Shown: piece after piece, positions 40,095 through 53,972 of the stretch | Position numbering within the stretch: the first letter of the stretch is position 1 | Layout: every line of letters starts with the position of its first letter | Origin: an uncultured Candidatus Binatia bacterium | GTDB taxonomy: Bacteria > Desulfobacterota > Binatia > UBA9968 > JAJDTQ01 | Direction: 5' to 3' | Assembly (NCBI GenBank): GCA_965204205.1 | Contig: OZ241976.1 | Location: 1,738,755 to 1,802,754 of the forward strand | DNA length: 64,000 bases | Notes under the pieces: generated by a model | Database searches by the model: none | Seen by the model: only the letters and a program-made list of their open reading frames with translations | What the model was told of the DNA's origin: nothing | Program-made: the position numbers and the translations under genes

Positions 40095-41195
40095 CTATGC
40101 GGTATTCACCGCAACGACGTCCAGCCCGCCGTGGGGACCCGGCGCTGCCGAGGCGTGATACAACTGCCCGCAGGCGGCCTGTATGTCGTCGCCCCGTGCC
40201 CGGCGCACGTGCGCCTGGACGCCGCGCGCGCGCAAGGTCTCTCCGAACGTCTCGATGGCATGCTCCGAGGACCGGCGGTAACCGCTCCCCTCGTGGGGGT
40301 TGAACGGTATCAGGTTCACCTTGCAGCGAATGCCCCGAAGCCTTGCCGCCAGTTCCGCTGCATCCCCGGCGCCGTCATTCAGGCCGTCGATCAGCAGGTA
40401 TTCGAAGGTGATGCGCTTGCGCCGCGGCACCGGCAGGGAACGGCAGCACTCCAGCAACTGCGCGACGGAGTATTTCCGGTTGACCGGCATGAGATCCGAA
40501 CGCACCTCGTCCCGCACCGAATGGAGCGAGATGGCCAGGTTGACGCGGGTTTCCTCCATGAGCCTGCGCATCTGCGGCAGCAGGCCCACGGTGGAAACCG
40601 TGATCTTGCGGGGCGAGATGCCCATGCCGCTGCGGGCGTCGGTGATGACCTCCAGCGCCCCGCGGGTCGCCTCGTAATTGGCCAGCGGCTCGCCCATGCC
40701 CATGAAGACCAGGTTCGAGATTCGCGTGTCCTCCGGGCAGCGGCGCTGCACTTCCAGCACCTGATCCACGATCTCCGCCTGGCTGAGATTGCGCCTCAGT
40801 CCCATTCGCGCGGTGGCACAGAAGTCGCAGCCCAGCCCACAGCCCACCTGTGTCGATACGCAAAGCGTGACCCGGTCCGTTTCCGGTATGTAGACAGTCT
40901 CGACGACGGCGCCGTCGCGCAGACGCAGCAGGTACTTGACGGTACCGTCCCTGGAACGGTGTTGCTGCCGCACCGCCAGGCTTCCGATGTCGAACTCCCG
41001 CGCCAGCGCTCGCCGCAGCTCCCGCGGAACGTCGGTCATGTCCTCGAACGCGGTCGCGTGCTTCTGGAACAGCCACCGCCGTATCTGATCGGCTCGATAC
41101 GCGGGAAGACCGCGGGCGTCGAGCCATGCGCTCAACTCGGCATGGCCCAGGTCAGCGAGCGGGCGTCGGATATCGCTGGAGCGGACGTGTTCCAT
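40095..41195 (-). CDS. rlmN: 23S rRNA (adenine2503-C2)/tRNA methyltransferase RlmN (radical SAM)
   Basis: CxxxCxxC (CGLGCDFC) and an RlmN/Cfr C-terminus. True start at MEHVRSSD (41193-41195). The ORF-track start reads through a repeat (SKGSGRTG). Confidence 0.9.
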   Translation of the reverse strand: MEHVRSSDIRRPLADLGHAELSAWLDARGLPAYRADQIRRWLFQKHATAFEDMTDVPRELRRALAREFDIGSLAVRQQHRSRDGTVKYLLRLRDGAVVETVYIPETDRVTLCVSTQVGCGLGCDFCATARMGLRRNLSQAEIVDQVLEVQRRCPEDTRISNLVFMGMGEPLANYEATRGALEVITDARSGMGISPRKITVSTVGLLPQMRRLMEETRVNLAISLHSVRDEVRSDLMPVNRKYSVAQLLECCRSLPVPRRKRITFEYLLIDGLNDGAGDAAELAARLRGIRCKVNLIPFNPHEGSGYRRSSEHAIETFGETLRARGVQAHVRRARGDDIQAACGQLYHASAAPGPHGGLDVVAVNTA

Positions 41196-41208
41196 TGTCC
41201 AAATATGG

Positions 41209-41345
41209 CGTCCTTCGACTTCGCTCCGCTCAGGACGAACGGCTGCAAGGACGATGATTCCCGTTCGTCCTGAGCCCTTCGACAAGCTCGGGACAGGCTT
41301 GTCGAAGGGCCCAGGACAAGGCTTCGCGGAGCGAAGACGAAGGAG
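41209..41345. repeat. family-A MITE-like nested palindromic element
   Basis: TIRs CGTCCTTCGACTTCGC / GCGAAGACGAAGGAGG enclose inner GTCCTGAGCCCTTCGACAAGCTCGGGACAGGC palindromes. Confidence 0.65.
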
Positions 41346-41366
41346 GCCATACCGGGCGGCGGTTCG

Positions 41367-41792
41367 CTACGACCCGGACGACTGGATCTCGTCGGCGTTG
41401 AAGAAGAACGCGATCTCCGCCGCGGCGGTTTCGGGGGCATCGGAACCGTGCACCGCGTTGGCCTCCACGTCGGTGCCCCAGTCCTTGCGGATAGTCCCCG
41501 AATCGGCCTTGGCCGGATCCGTCGCGCCCATGATTTCACGGTTCCGGGCGATGGCTCCATCCCCCTCCAGCACCGACACGAAAATAGCGCCCCTGGACAT
41601 GTAGTCGGTGAGGCTGTTGAAGAACGGACGCTCCCGGTGCACTTCGTAGAAGGCCTCGGCCCGCTTCTTGTCCAGGCGGGTCAGCCTTGCCGCCACCACC
41701 TTGAGTCCCGCGTGCTCGAAGCGGCTCAGGATATCGCCAATCAACCCCTTGGCCACGGCCTCCGGCTTGATGATCGACAGTGTTCTCTCCAT
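41367..41792 (-). CDS. ndk: Nucleoside diphosphate kinase
   Basis: 141 aa with the NDK signature (NAVHGSD). Start [11 protein letters not shown] is internal to the 300-aa ORF-track artefact. The upper coordinate is accurate to 1 nt. Confidence 0.9.
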   Translation of the reverse strand: MERTLSIIKPEAVAKGLIGDILSRFEHAGLKVVAARLTRLDKKRAEAFYEVHRERPFFNSLTDYMSRGAIFVSVLEGDGAIARNREIMGATDPAKADSGTIRKDWGTDVEANAVHGSDAPETAAAEIAFFFNADEIQSSGS

Positions 41793-41794
41793 GA

Positions 41795-42660
41795 CTATCC
41801 CAACGTCTCCTTCATGGTCCGGCCGATGTCCGCGGGAGACGGTGCCATCCGTACTCCTGCAACCCGCAGCGCCTCGACCTTTTCCGCCGCGGTCCCCTTG
41901 CCCCCGGAGATGATGGCGCCGGCATGGCCCATGCGTTTCCCGGCCGGCGCGGTCTGCCCCACGATGAAGCCCACCACCGGCTTCTTCATGTGCGCGCGGA
42001 TCCAGTCCGCGGCGTCCTGCTCGGCGCTGCCCCCGATCTCGCCGATGAGCACCACCGCCTCGGTCTCGTGGTCCTCGTTGAACCGCTGGAGCACGTCGAT
42101 GAAGTTGAGGCCGCGGATGGGGTCGCCGCCGATGCCGACGCAGGTGGACTGTCCCAGGCCCAGGCGCGTGAGCTGGTCCACCGCCTCGTAGGTCAGCGTG
42201 CCGCTGCGGGAGATGACGCCGATGCTGCCGCGCTGGTGGATGTGGCCGGGCATGATGCCGATCTTGCACTCCCCGGGGGTGATCACGCCCGGACAGTTGG
42301 GCCCCACCAGCACCGTGCCGCGATCGTCCAGGTAGCGCTTCACCCGCATCATGTCCTGGACCGGCACGCCCTCGGTGATGCAGATCACCAGCGGCACGCC
42401 CGCGTCCGAAGATTCCATGATCGCATCGGCGGCAAAGGGCGGCGGCACGTAGATGACGCTGGCGTTGGCGCCGGTCTCTTGCACCGCCTCCTCCACGCTG
42501 TCGAACACCGGGATGTCCTCGAAGGAAGTGCCGCCTCTTCCGGGAGTGACGCCGGCCACCATCCGGGTGCCGTATTCCTTGCAGGTGCGGGTGTGGAACT
42601 GGCCGGTGGCGCCGGTGATCCCCTGGGTCAGCACCCGGGTCTCGGAATTCACCAGGATGC

Positions 42661-42664
<4 letters not shown>
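41795..42664 (-). CDS. sucD: Succinyl-CoA ligase (ADP-forming) subunit alpha
   Basis: 289 aa with a CoA-binding domain and the phospho-His loop GHAGA. It overlaps sucC by 4 nt. Confidence 0.95.
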
Positions 42665-43836
<1,172 letters not shown>

Positions 43837-43887
43837 GATGCGGGAATGTCCAACCCAAAGGACGCTGTTCGTTTTCGCGCAGTCTCC

Positions 43888-44844
<957 letters not shown>

Positions 44845-46107
44845 CTACATGTTCGACACGATGGCGTCGCCGAACTCCGAGCACTTCAGCAGCTTGGCGC
44901 CGGTCATGAGCCGCTCGAAATCGTAGGTGACGGTCTTCTGCGCGATGGTCTCCTCGAGGCCCTGGATCACCAGGTCCGCGGCCTCGTCCCAGCCCAGGTG
45001 CCGCAGCATCATCTCGCCGGAAAGAATGACCGATCCGGGATTGACCTTGTCCTGGCCGGCGTACTTGGGGGCGGTCCCGTGGGTGGCCTCGAACAGGGCG
45101 TGGCCGCTGTCGTAGTTGATGTTGCCGCCCGGCGCGATACCGATGCCGCCCACCTGGGCCGCCAGCGCGTCGGAGATAAGGTCGCCGGTGAGGTTCATGG
45201 TGGGGATGACGTCGAACTCGTCGGGGCGCGTGAGGATCTGCTGCAGAAACGCGTCGGTGATGGCGTCCTTGATGAGAATCTGGCCCTCCTCCGGCCTGCC
45301 GCCACAGTCCTCCCAAGAGATCACCTTGTCGCCGAACTCGCGCTTGGCAAGGGCGTAGCCCCAGCGCATGAAGGCGCCTTCGGTGTACTTCTGAATGTTG
45401 CCCTTGTGCACCAGCGTGACGTTGCGCCGGTTGTGGTCCACGGCGTAGCGGATGGCCGCGCGGATGAGCCGCTCGGAGCCCTCGATGGAGATGGGCTTGA
45501 TGCCGATGCTGGCGGTGTCGGGGAAGCGGATGCTCTTGACCCCCATCTCCTCGCGCAGGAACTTGACCACCTTCTCGGCCTCGGGGGTGCCGGTCTCCCA
45601 CTCGATGCCGGCGTAGATGTCCTCGGTGTTCTCGCGGAAGATCACCATGTCCACCAGGTGCGGCCGCACCACCGGGGACGGCACGCCCTTGAAGTAGCGC
45701 ACGGGCCGGAGGCAGACGTAGAGGTCCAGCACCTGGCGCAGGGTCACGTTGAGGCTGCGGAAGCCCTCGCCCACCGGGGTGGTCAGCGGCCCCTTGATGG
45801 CCACCAGGTACTCGCGGATGACGTCCACGGTCTCCTGCGGCAGCAGGCTGGGCGGACAGTCGTCGCCGTAGACGGCCTCGGCCTTCTCGCCCGCGTACAC
45901 TTCCATCCAGGAGATCTGCTTCTTGCCGCCATAGGCCTTCTGGACGGCGCCGTCCAGCACCCGCACCGCGGCCGCCCAGATGTCGACGCCGATGCCGTCG
46001 CCTTCGATGAACGGAATGATGGGATTGTCCGGAACCTGCAGCTTGCCGTCGGAAAGGGAAACCTTCTCGCCCTCGGACGGAACATTGACGTGTAGATAGC
46101 TTGCCAT
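44845..46107 (-). CDS. icd: Isocitrate dehydrogenase (NADP-dependent, homodimeric type)
   Basis: 420 aa with an isocitrate/isopropylmalate dehydrogenase signature ([19 protein letters not shown]). Confidence 0.95.
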   Translation of the reverse strand: MASYLHVNVPSEGEKVSLSDGKLQVPDNPIIPFIEGDGIGVDIWAAAVRVLDGAVQKAYGGKKQISWMEVYAGEKAEAVYGDDCPPSLLPQETVDVIREYLVAIKGPLTTPVGEGFRSLNVTLRQVLDLYVCLRPVRYFKGVPSPVVRPHLVDMVIFRENTEDIYAGIEWETGTPEAEKVVKFLREEMGVKSIRFPDTASIGIKPISIEGSERLIRAAIRYAVDHNRRNVTLVHKGNIQKYTEGAFMRWGYALAKREFGDKVISWEDCGGRPEEGQILIKDAITDAFLQQILTRPDEFDVIPTMNLTGDLISDALAAQVGGIGIAPGGNINYDSGHALFEATHGTAPKYAGQDKVNPGSVILSGEMMLRHLGWDEAADLVIQGLEETIAQKTVTYDFERLMTGAKLLKCSEFGDAIVSNM

Positions 46108-46378
46108 GATTCTCCTCTTGTCTCTCCTCTGATCTTTGAGATGTCCCGGGGACCGATCCGGTCCCGGAGGTCCTGAAGCCGGGCACGGGCTGGTCGAGCC
46201 CGCCGATCCGGTCCAGGCTATGAGTGCGGTTTGACAAGGTAGTGCTTAACGAATCTCCGATGGCGAGTCAAGGGAGCGTCCCGGCGCGCCCTCGATGCCG
46301 GACGCGCATGCCATTTTTTGGCGATACCCGCTATATTGGCGGACCTGAAAACCACGGAGATGTGGTCGGAGCATCGTC

Positions 46379-47089
46379 TTGAGCGTGCGCATGGACAACG
46401 TGTCGAAGGTGTACGGGCTTTTGTGGGCCCTGCGGGAGGTGCGCCTGGAGGTCGCCGCCGGGGAATGGGTGGCGCTCCTGGGGCCCAACGGCGCCGGCAA
46501 GACCACCCTGCTGAGACTGCTGGCGGCACTGGCCTACCCTACCGGCGGCGCCATCGAGCTGTTCGGCCAAGAGCTCTCCTACGGCAACTCCCCGCTGCGC
46601 GGCAGGATCGGGTTCCTGGCCTCGGGCGCCCATCTCTACGACAACCTCACGGTCGCCGAAAACCTCCGGTTCTTCGTCTCCCTCTATCGCGGGGAGACCG
46701 CCGCGGAAGAGCGGGCCGAGGCCCTGAACGACGTCGGCCTGCACGAGAAGGCCGGCGAGTACGTCTCGGCGCTGTCCCTGGGCATGCGCTGCCGGCTGGC
46801 CATCGCCAAGTGGCGGCTGGTGAACCCCGGGCTGCTGCTGGTGGACGAGCCCTACGGCGCGCTGGACTCATCCGGCGTGGACATGCTGAACCGGTTTCTG
46901 GAATCGCTGTGCGCCGCCGGCGGTATCGTGGTGCTGGCCACCCACGACATCCCGCGCGTCCTCGAGCGCTGCTCCCGGGCCGTTATCCTGAACCGGGGCC
47001 GGATCGTCTTCGACGAACCCAGGCGGGACCCCTGGAAAAGCTTCCATGATGCGTTCGACGCCCTCGACCCACCCGACGGGCGGGTTTGA
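46379..47089 (+). CDS. ccmA: Cytochrome c biogenesis (heme exporter) ATP-binding protein CcmA
   Basis: Walker A GPNGAGKTT. First gene of a ccm cluster. Its stop codon lies inside a family-B hairpin repeat. Confidence 0.85.
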   Translation: MSVRMDNVSKVYGLLWALREVRLEVAAGEWVALLGPNGAGKTTLLRLLAALAYPTGGAIELFGQELSYGNSPLRGRIGFLASGAHLYDNLTVAENLRFFVSLYRGETAAEERAEALNDVGLHEKAGEYVSALSLGMRCRLAIAKWRLVNPGLLLVDEPYGALDSSGVDMLNRFLESLCAAGGIVVLATHDIPRVLERCSRAVILNRGRIVFDEPRRDPWKSFHDAFDALDPPDGRV

Positions 47090-47097
47090 AACCCGCC
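47078..47097. repeat. family-B hairpin GGGCGGGTTTGAAACCCGCC (+CTACACCTGCAC flank)
   Basis: Perfect palindrome. Its TGA (47087-47089) is the ccmA stop. Confidence 0.6.
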
Positions 47098-47183
47098 GCT
47101 ACACCTGCACGGATGGCACACAAGTTCTACCGCCAGGGCACCACGAAGCAGGCCCGCCCCTACGCCCGCATGGACGGCACACT

Positions 47184-47861
47184 TTGAACGTCCTGAGACA
47201 GGTCTACTGGCTTCTGTGGAAGGACCTCCTGCTGGAGGCGCGCCGCCGCGACAACCTGTTGTCGATGTTCTTCTTCGGCCTTTCGCTGCTCTTCCTCTTC
47301 TCGTTCGCCTTCGAGATCTCCGCAGACAACGTCTCGCGCATGGCGCCGGGGCTCCTGTGGCTGGCCTTCATGTTCAGCGGCACCCTGGCCCTCGGGCAAC
47401 TGTTCCAGGGAGACCGCGAGAACGACTGCCTCGACGCGCTGCTGCTGGCCCCCCTGGACCGGGGCGCGTACTACCTCGCCAAGGTGCTGTTCAACTTCTC
47501 GCTCATGATGTTGCTGGAAGTCTTCATCCTGCCGCTTTTCGGCGTCCTTTTCCGCCTGGACTTCTGGCACCTGTTGCCCGAGGTGCTGCTGTACACCCTG
47601 CTCGGGACCCTGGGCTTCTGCGTCGTCGGCGTCCTGTTCGCGGCGGTGACGCTGCGCGCGCGGGCGCGCGCCCTGCTGCTTCCGGTGCTGATCTTCCCGC
47701 TGATGATCCCGGTGATCCTGGGGACCGTCCGCACCCTGGAGATCATCCTGGGGGCGGGCACGCCGCAGGACCTCGTCCCCTGGTTCCGCCTGCTGGTGGG
47801 GTTCGACCTGATATTCGTCACCGCCGGGTTCCTGTTGCTGGAGTGGGTACTCGACGGTTGA
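47184..47861 (+). CDS. ccmB: Heme exporter permease CcmB
   Basis: Six-TM protein alignable to CcmB. Start tentatively TTG 47184. The ORF-track N-terminus (47046) translates the family-B repeat. Confidence 0.7.
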   Translation: MNVLRQVYWLLWKDLLLEARRRDNLLSMFFFGLSLLFLFSFAFEISADNVSRMAPGLLWLAFMFSGTLALGQLFQGDRENDCLDALLLAPLDRGAYYLAKVLFNFSLMMLLEVFILPLFGVLFRLDFWHLLPEVLLYTLLGTLGFCVVGVLFAAVTLRARARALLLPVLIFPLMIPVILGTVRTLEIILGAGTPQDLVPWFRLLVGFDLIFVTAGFLLLEWVLDG

Positions 47862-47945
47862 AGACGATTGGGAAGTGACACCCGCGGGTGCTATCATGAT
47901 GCGAAGACCGTTCGGCCTCCGTCGTTTCCACTTTTGTATCAATCC

Positions 47946-48626
47946 ATGGCTCGACGAATTCTCGGCACGCTGGCCCTCATCCTCATCCTTACGGGGCTCT
48001 ATTGGGGCCTCGTGGAGGCGCCGCCGGACGCCCGGCAGGGGGAGACCCAGCGGATCATGTACCTCCACATCCCCAGCATCCTGGTGGCCTACCTGTCATT
48101 CTTCATCGTGTTCGTGGCGAGTTGCCTCTACCTGTGGAAGGGCGAGCGCCGGGACGACATCCTCGCCCACTCGGCGGCGGAGATCGGCGTGCTCTTCACG
48201 GCCCTGACCATCATCGAGGGCTCGATCTGGGGCAAGCCCACCTGGGGGGTGTGGTGGACCTGGGACGCCCGACTCACCCTCACCGCCATCCTGCTGCTGA
48301 TCTTCTCCGGCTACCTGCTGCTTCGCTCCCTCATCGAGGACCAGCGGCGCGCGGCCGTGTCCGGGGCGATCCTCGGCATCATCGGTTTCCTGGACATCCC
48401 GCTGATCCACATGTCGGTGTACTGGTGGCGCACCCTGCACCAGCCTCCGTCCATCCTGCGGCCGGACAAGGCGCCGTGGGACAACATCGATCCGGCCATG
48501 CTGTGGCCGTTGGGCGTCAATTTTCTTGCGTTCGTGCTGTTGTTCTTCTACCTGCTGTCGTTGCGCTTCCACTTGGGAGAGGTAGAGGACCAAGCGCGCA
48601 GGGACCGGCTCTACGCCACGCCATGA
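47946..48626 (+). CDS. ccmC: Heme exporter protein CcmC
   Basis: Multi-TM protein with the WGxxWxWD tryptophan-rich motif (WGVWWTWDARL). Start at MARRILGTL. Confidence 0.9.
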   Translation: MARRILGTLALILILTGLYWGLVEAPPDARQGETQRIMYLHIPSILVAYLSFFIVFVASCLYLWKGERRDDILAHSAAEIGVLFTALTIIEGSIWGKPTWGVWWTWDARLTLTAILLLIFSGYLLLRSLIEDQRRAAVSGAILGIIGFLDIPLIHMSVYWWRTLHQPPSILRPDKAPWDNIDPAMLWPLGVNFLAFVLLFFYLLSLRFHLGEVEDQARRDRLYATP

Positions 48627-48653
48627 CCGGCGGTCATCGGGGAGCATGAATCC

Positions 48654-48809
48654 ATGGGACACTGGGGTTTCGTCTTTCTGGCCTACGGCATCGTCTGGTG
48701 CAGCATCCTCGTCTACACCGTGCTCCTGAAGCGGCGCATTCAAAGGGTGGCGGGGGCCCGGCAGAAGGCTCTCCAGGCCCGCAACGAGGCGGACGGCCAT
48801 GAAGCGTAG
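48654..48809 (+). CDS. ccmD: Heme exporter protein CcmD (51 aa)
   Basis: Absent from the ORF track because it is under 60 aa. It has a single TM segment (GFVFLAYGIVWCSILVYTVLL) followed by basic residues. Sits between ccmC and ccmE and overlaps the ccmE start by 11 nt. Confidence 0.6.
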   Translation: MGHWGFVFLAYGIVWCSILVYTVLLKRRIQRVAGARQKALQARNEADGHEA

Positions 48810-49223
48810 GTATCTCATCGGCGGCCTGATCATCGTCGGCGGCCTGGCCTACCTCATCTACGGCGCCATGCAGGAGGCCGTGGTCTACTTCGTCACGCCC
48901 ACCGAGCTCCGCGCCGAGACCCCGCCGCCGGACCGGTTCCTGCGCGTGGGCGGCATGGTGCTGCCCGGCTCGCTGGAGAAGGACCTCGGCCGGCGCACCT
49001 TCCGGTTCAGCATCACCGACGGCCAGCAGTCCATCGCGGTGTACTACAAGGGCGTGCCGCCCGACCTCTTCTCCGAGGGCAAGGGCGCCGTGGTGGAGGG
49101 GCGCCTCGGCGCGGACGGCGTCTTCCAGGCGTCCACGGTCATGGCCAAGCACGCCGAGGAATACAGCCCGCACCGGGAAGGCGAAGACCCCTCCAAGGTG
49201 CGCAGCTTCGTGCCCGCGCAACC

Positions 49224-49227
<4 letters not shown>
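48799..49227 (+). CDS. ccmE: Cytochrome c-type biogenesis heme chaperone CcmE
   Basis: 142 aa with an N-terminal TM segment and an OB-fold. Confidence 0.9.
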
Positions 49228-51184
<1,957 letters not shown>

Positions 51185-51188
<4 letters not shown>

Positions 51189-51754
51189 GCGCGCCAGCGC
51201 GACGAGTCATGTTGACCCTCATCGGGGTCGGCGCGCTGGTGATCCTGTTGGGCTACGGGTTCTACCAGGACCCCCGCTACATTCCCTCGCCCCTGGTGGG
51301 CGGCGCCGCCCCCGACTTCTCCCTGGAGCTGTTCGACGGCAAGACCGTGCACCTGTCGGACCTGCGCGGCAAGACCGTCATGCTGGACTTCTGGGCCTCG
51401 TGGTGCCTGCCCTGCCGGGCGGAAGCACGGGACCTGGAGGCGGCCTGGAAGCGGCAGGGAAACGACGTGGTGTTCCTGGGCATCAACATCCAGGACAAGA
51501 AGGCGGACGCCCTCGAGTTCATCGACGAGTTCGGCATCACCTTCGCCAACGGCCGGGACGCCGACGGGACGGTGTCGGTGGACTACGGAGTGTGGGGCAT
51601 TCCCGAGGCCTTCTTCATCAGCCCGTCCGGACGGATCACCTACAAGCACATCGGCGCGATTCCGCCCGCCGTGCTCGAAGCCAAGCTACAGGAGGCCCGG
51701 CGCGACCTCGTCAGCGCCGGCAGTGGCCGCGGAGAGCACCAGGCGATACGATGA
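51185..51754 (+). CDS. ccmG: Thiol:disulfide interchange protein DsbE/CcmG (TlpA-like thioredoxin)
   Basis: 189 aa with a TM anchor and the WCxxC active site (WCLPC). Confidence 0.9.
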
Positions 51755-53325
51755 GAGTACTCGCGATTACAGTCAGTTGGGCTCTCATCCTCGCGTTGAG
51801 CTTGAATGTTTATGCGGACCAGGCGCTGGAGGATCAGGTACGCGCCATCGCCTCGGAGCTCCGTTGCGTGGTGTGCCAGAACCTATCGGTCGCCGACTCC
51901 CCCGCCGAGATGGCGGTGCAGATGCGCGGAATCGTGCGGGAGCAGCTCGAAGCCGGCAAGACGCCGGACGAGATCCGGAGCTACTTCGTCTCCAAGTACG
52001 GTGAATGGGTGCTGCTGGCGCCGCCGGCCCACGGCTTCAATCTCACCGTATGGATACTGCCCTTCGCGGTCCTGCTCGGCGGCCTCGGTTTCGCGGCGTG
52101 GTATCTTCGGCGATGGAGCGGACGCCGAAAGGACGATCCGGACGAGCCCGTGGATCCGGAGCTGCTGGAGCGGGTCCGTGCCGAGGCCGCCGAGGCCCTG
52201 CCGGAGTCCGGGCGATCACCGCCGGACGAGGAACAGCTCCGCCTGTACCAGGACCTCCGGGAGCTTGACTTCGACCGTGAGGCCGGCAAGCTGTCGGAAC
52301 CCGACTACCAGGCTCTCAGGCAACGCTACGAACGTCAGGCCGCACGCCGGCTCGCGGAGATCCGAGAAAGCGTGGCGCCGGTCCCGGAGCCCGCGATGAC
52401 GCAAACCACCGACTCCAGGGGACGTAGACGAGGCTGGTCGCTGGCCGCCTGGGCGGCGGTGCTGATCGCGGGCGGTGTCACCCTCGGCGTGCTGCTGGGC
52501 CAGTCCCTGCGTCCACGCACCTCCACCGATGACAGCATCACCGGCGACTTCATGACCGGGACGGGCCCAGGCGGCATCAGCCGTCCGGGCGCTTCGGAAA
52601 CCCCCGCGGCGGCCCTGCGCCGGGGACAGGAAGCCTTCCAGCGGAAGGACTTCAAGGTCGCCATCGAGGCCTTCCGTGCGGTCCTGAGCCAGGACCCCGG
52701 CCATCCAATGGCCAACGCGTACATGGGGATGGTGCTGGCCCAGGCCGGTCACACCGAAGCGGCCCTCGCCGCCCTGGACCGGGCCTTGTCCCGGACCCCC
52801 AACCTGCCCTTGGCCTTGTGGGCCAAGGGCATGATCCTCTACCAGGAAGGAAGCGACCTGGCCGGCGCCCGCGAACACCTGGAGCGGCTGGAGCGGTTGC
52901 TCCCGGCGGGCGAGCAGCGGGATTCCGTCCGCGAGATCATCGCCCAGATCGGCCAAGCGCCGGCGAAACCGCCCAAGGCGTCCGCGGGACCGACCATCGA
53001 GGGCACCGTCGAGCTGTCCCCGGGGCACGCGGCGGAGGCCGGCGGTCGCGCCACCCTTTACATCGTGGCGCGGGTGGCCGGGGCCGCGGGCGGCCCTCCG
53101 CTGGCGGTCAAGCGGATCGCCGCGCCGGCCTTCCCGGTCTCCTTTTCGCTGGGTCCCGGCGATGTCATGATGCGCGGATCGGCCTTCGAAGGCGAGCTGG
53201 ACCTCAGCGCCCGGCTGGACCGCGACGGAGACCCCTTGACCCGCGAACCCGGAGAGCCGGCGGGGGTCTATGACGGGAATCCGGTCAAGCCCGGTGCGCG
53301 AAACCTCACCATCGAACTGAAGTGA
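51751..53325 (+). CDS. ccmH: CcmH-CcmI fusion (cytochrome c heme lyase subunit with C-terminal TPR domain)
   Basis: Start at MRVLAITV overlaps the ccmG stop (ATGA). N-terminal LRCVVCQ CcmH motif, two TM segments and C-terminal TPR-like repeats. Confidence 0.85.
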   Translation: MRVLAITVSWALILALSLNVYADQALEDQVRAIASELRCVVCQNLSVADSPAEMAVQMRGIVREQLEAGKTPDEIRSYFVSKYGEWVLLAPPAHGFNLTVWILPFAVLLGGLGFAAWYLRRWSGRRKDDPDEPVDPELLERVRAEAAEALPESGRSPPDEEQLRLYQDLRELDFDREAGKLSEPDYQALRQRYERQAARRLAEIRESVAPVPEPAMTQTTDSRGRRRGWSLAAWAAVLIAGGVTLGVLLGQSLRPRTSTDDSITGDFMTGTGPGGISRPGASETPAAALRRGQEAFQRKDFKVAIEAFRAVLSQDPGHPMANAYMGMVLAQAGHTEAALAALDRALSRTPNLPLALWAKGMILYQEGSDLAGAREHLERLERLLPAGEQRDSVREIIAQIGQAPAKPPKASAGPTIEGTVELSPGHAAEAGGRATLYIVARVAGAAGGPPLAVKRIAAPAFPVSFSLGPGDVMMRGSAFEGELDLSARLDRDGDPLTREPGEPAGVYDGNPVKPGARNLTIELK

Positions 53326-53348
53326 TACACGAACGGGAGAGGCGTCCG

Positions 53349-53388
53349 GTGTAGGGGGCGGTTTCAAACCCGCCCGTACCTGCACACC
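53349..53388. repeat. family-B hairpin (reverse orientation: GGTGTAG-GGGGCGGTTTCAAACCCGCCC-GTACCTGCACACC)
   Basis: Lies between convergent ccmH/I and the flavin reductase. Likely also serves as a bidirectional terminator. Confidence 0.6.
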
Positions 53389-53403
53389 CTCGCCCCGGAT
53401 CGA

Positions 53404-53901
53404 TCAACCCGCTTCGGGTAGCCGCTGATACTTGCCCTTGAAGAACAGCAGCGGGCGGTCGCCCGCCGCCTGCGCGTGGAGTACCTCGCCGAGGTAGATG
53501 GTGTGGTCGCCGCCGTCGTACCCCTGGGTGACCGTGCACTCGATGTGACCGATGGTCTCGTCCAGCACGGGAATGCCGTGGTCGCTCATGTGCCAGGCGG
53601 CGTCCTGGAACTTCTCGATGCCCTTGGTGGCGAAGCGGTTGGCCAAGTGCTCCTGGTGCTCGCCCAGCAGGTTGACGGCAAACACCCGGGACTCCTCGAA
53701 ACAATCGTAGCAGTTGGCCTTCTTGTCGATGCACACCAGCACCAGCGGCGGATTCAGGGAAAGGGAAGAGAAAGCGTTGGCGGTGATGCCGGTGGGGATT
53801 CCGGCCTTGTCCTTGGTGGTAACGATGGTCACTCCGGTGGCGAAGTGTCCCATCACGTGCCGGATCTCGCGTGCGTCCATGGGGCACCGGGTAACAGACA
53901 A
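53404..53901 (-). CDS. Flavin reductase family protein (NAD(P)H:FMN oxidoreductase, RutF/HpaC-like)
   Basis: 165 aa in the flavin_reduct family. Confidence 0.85.
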   Translation of the reverse strand: MSVTRCPMDAREIRHVMGHFATGVTIVTTKDKAGIPTGITANAFSSLSLNPPLVLVCIDKKANCYDCFEESRVFAVNLLGEHQEHLANRFATKGIEKFQDAAWHMSDHGIPVLDETIGHIECTVTQGYDGGDHTIYLGEVLHAQAAGDRPLLFFKGKYQRLPEAG

Positions 53902-53972
53902 GCCGGAGCGTTGTCAATCACCGCGGCCGGCTCCATGGAAAGGATTATGAAGTGGACGAACGCTGCCCGGCC

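Noticed and set aside
46108-46378. Promoter motifs in the icd / ccmA divergent region (TTGACA at about 46226, TATATT at about 46333)
   Set aside because: The hexamers are present but their spacings (0-11 nt) do not form a valid -35/-10 pair. They are left unannotated.
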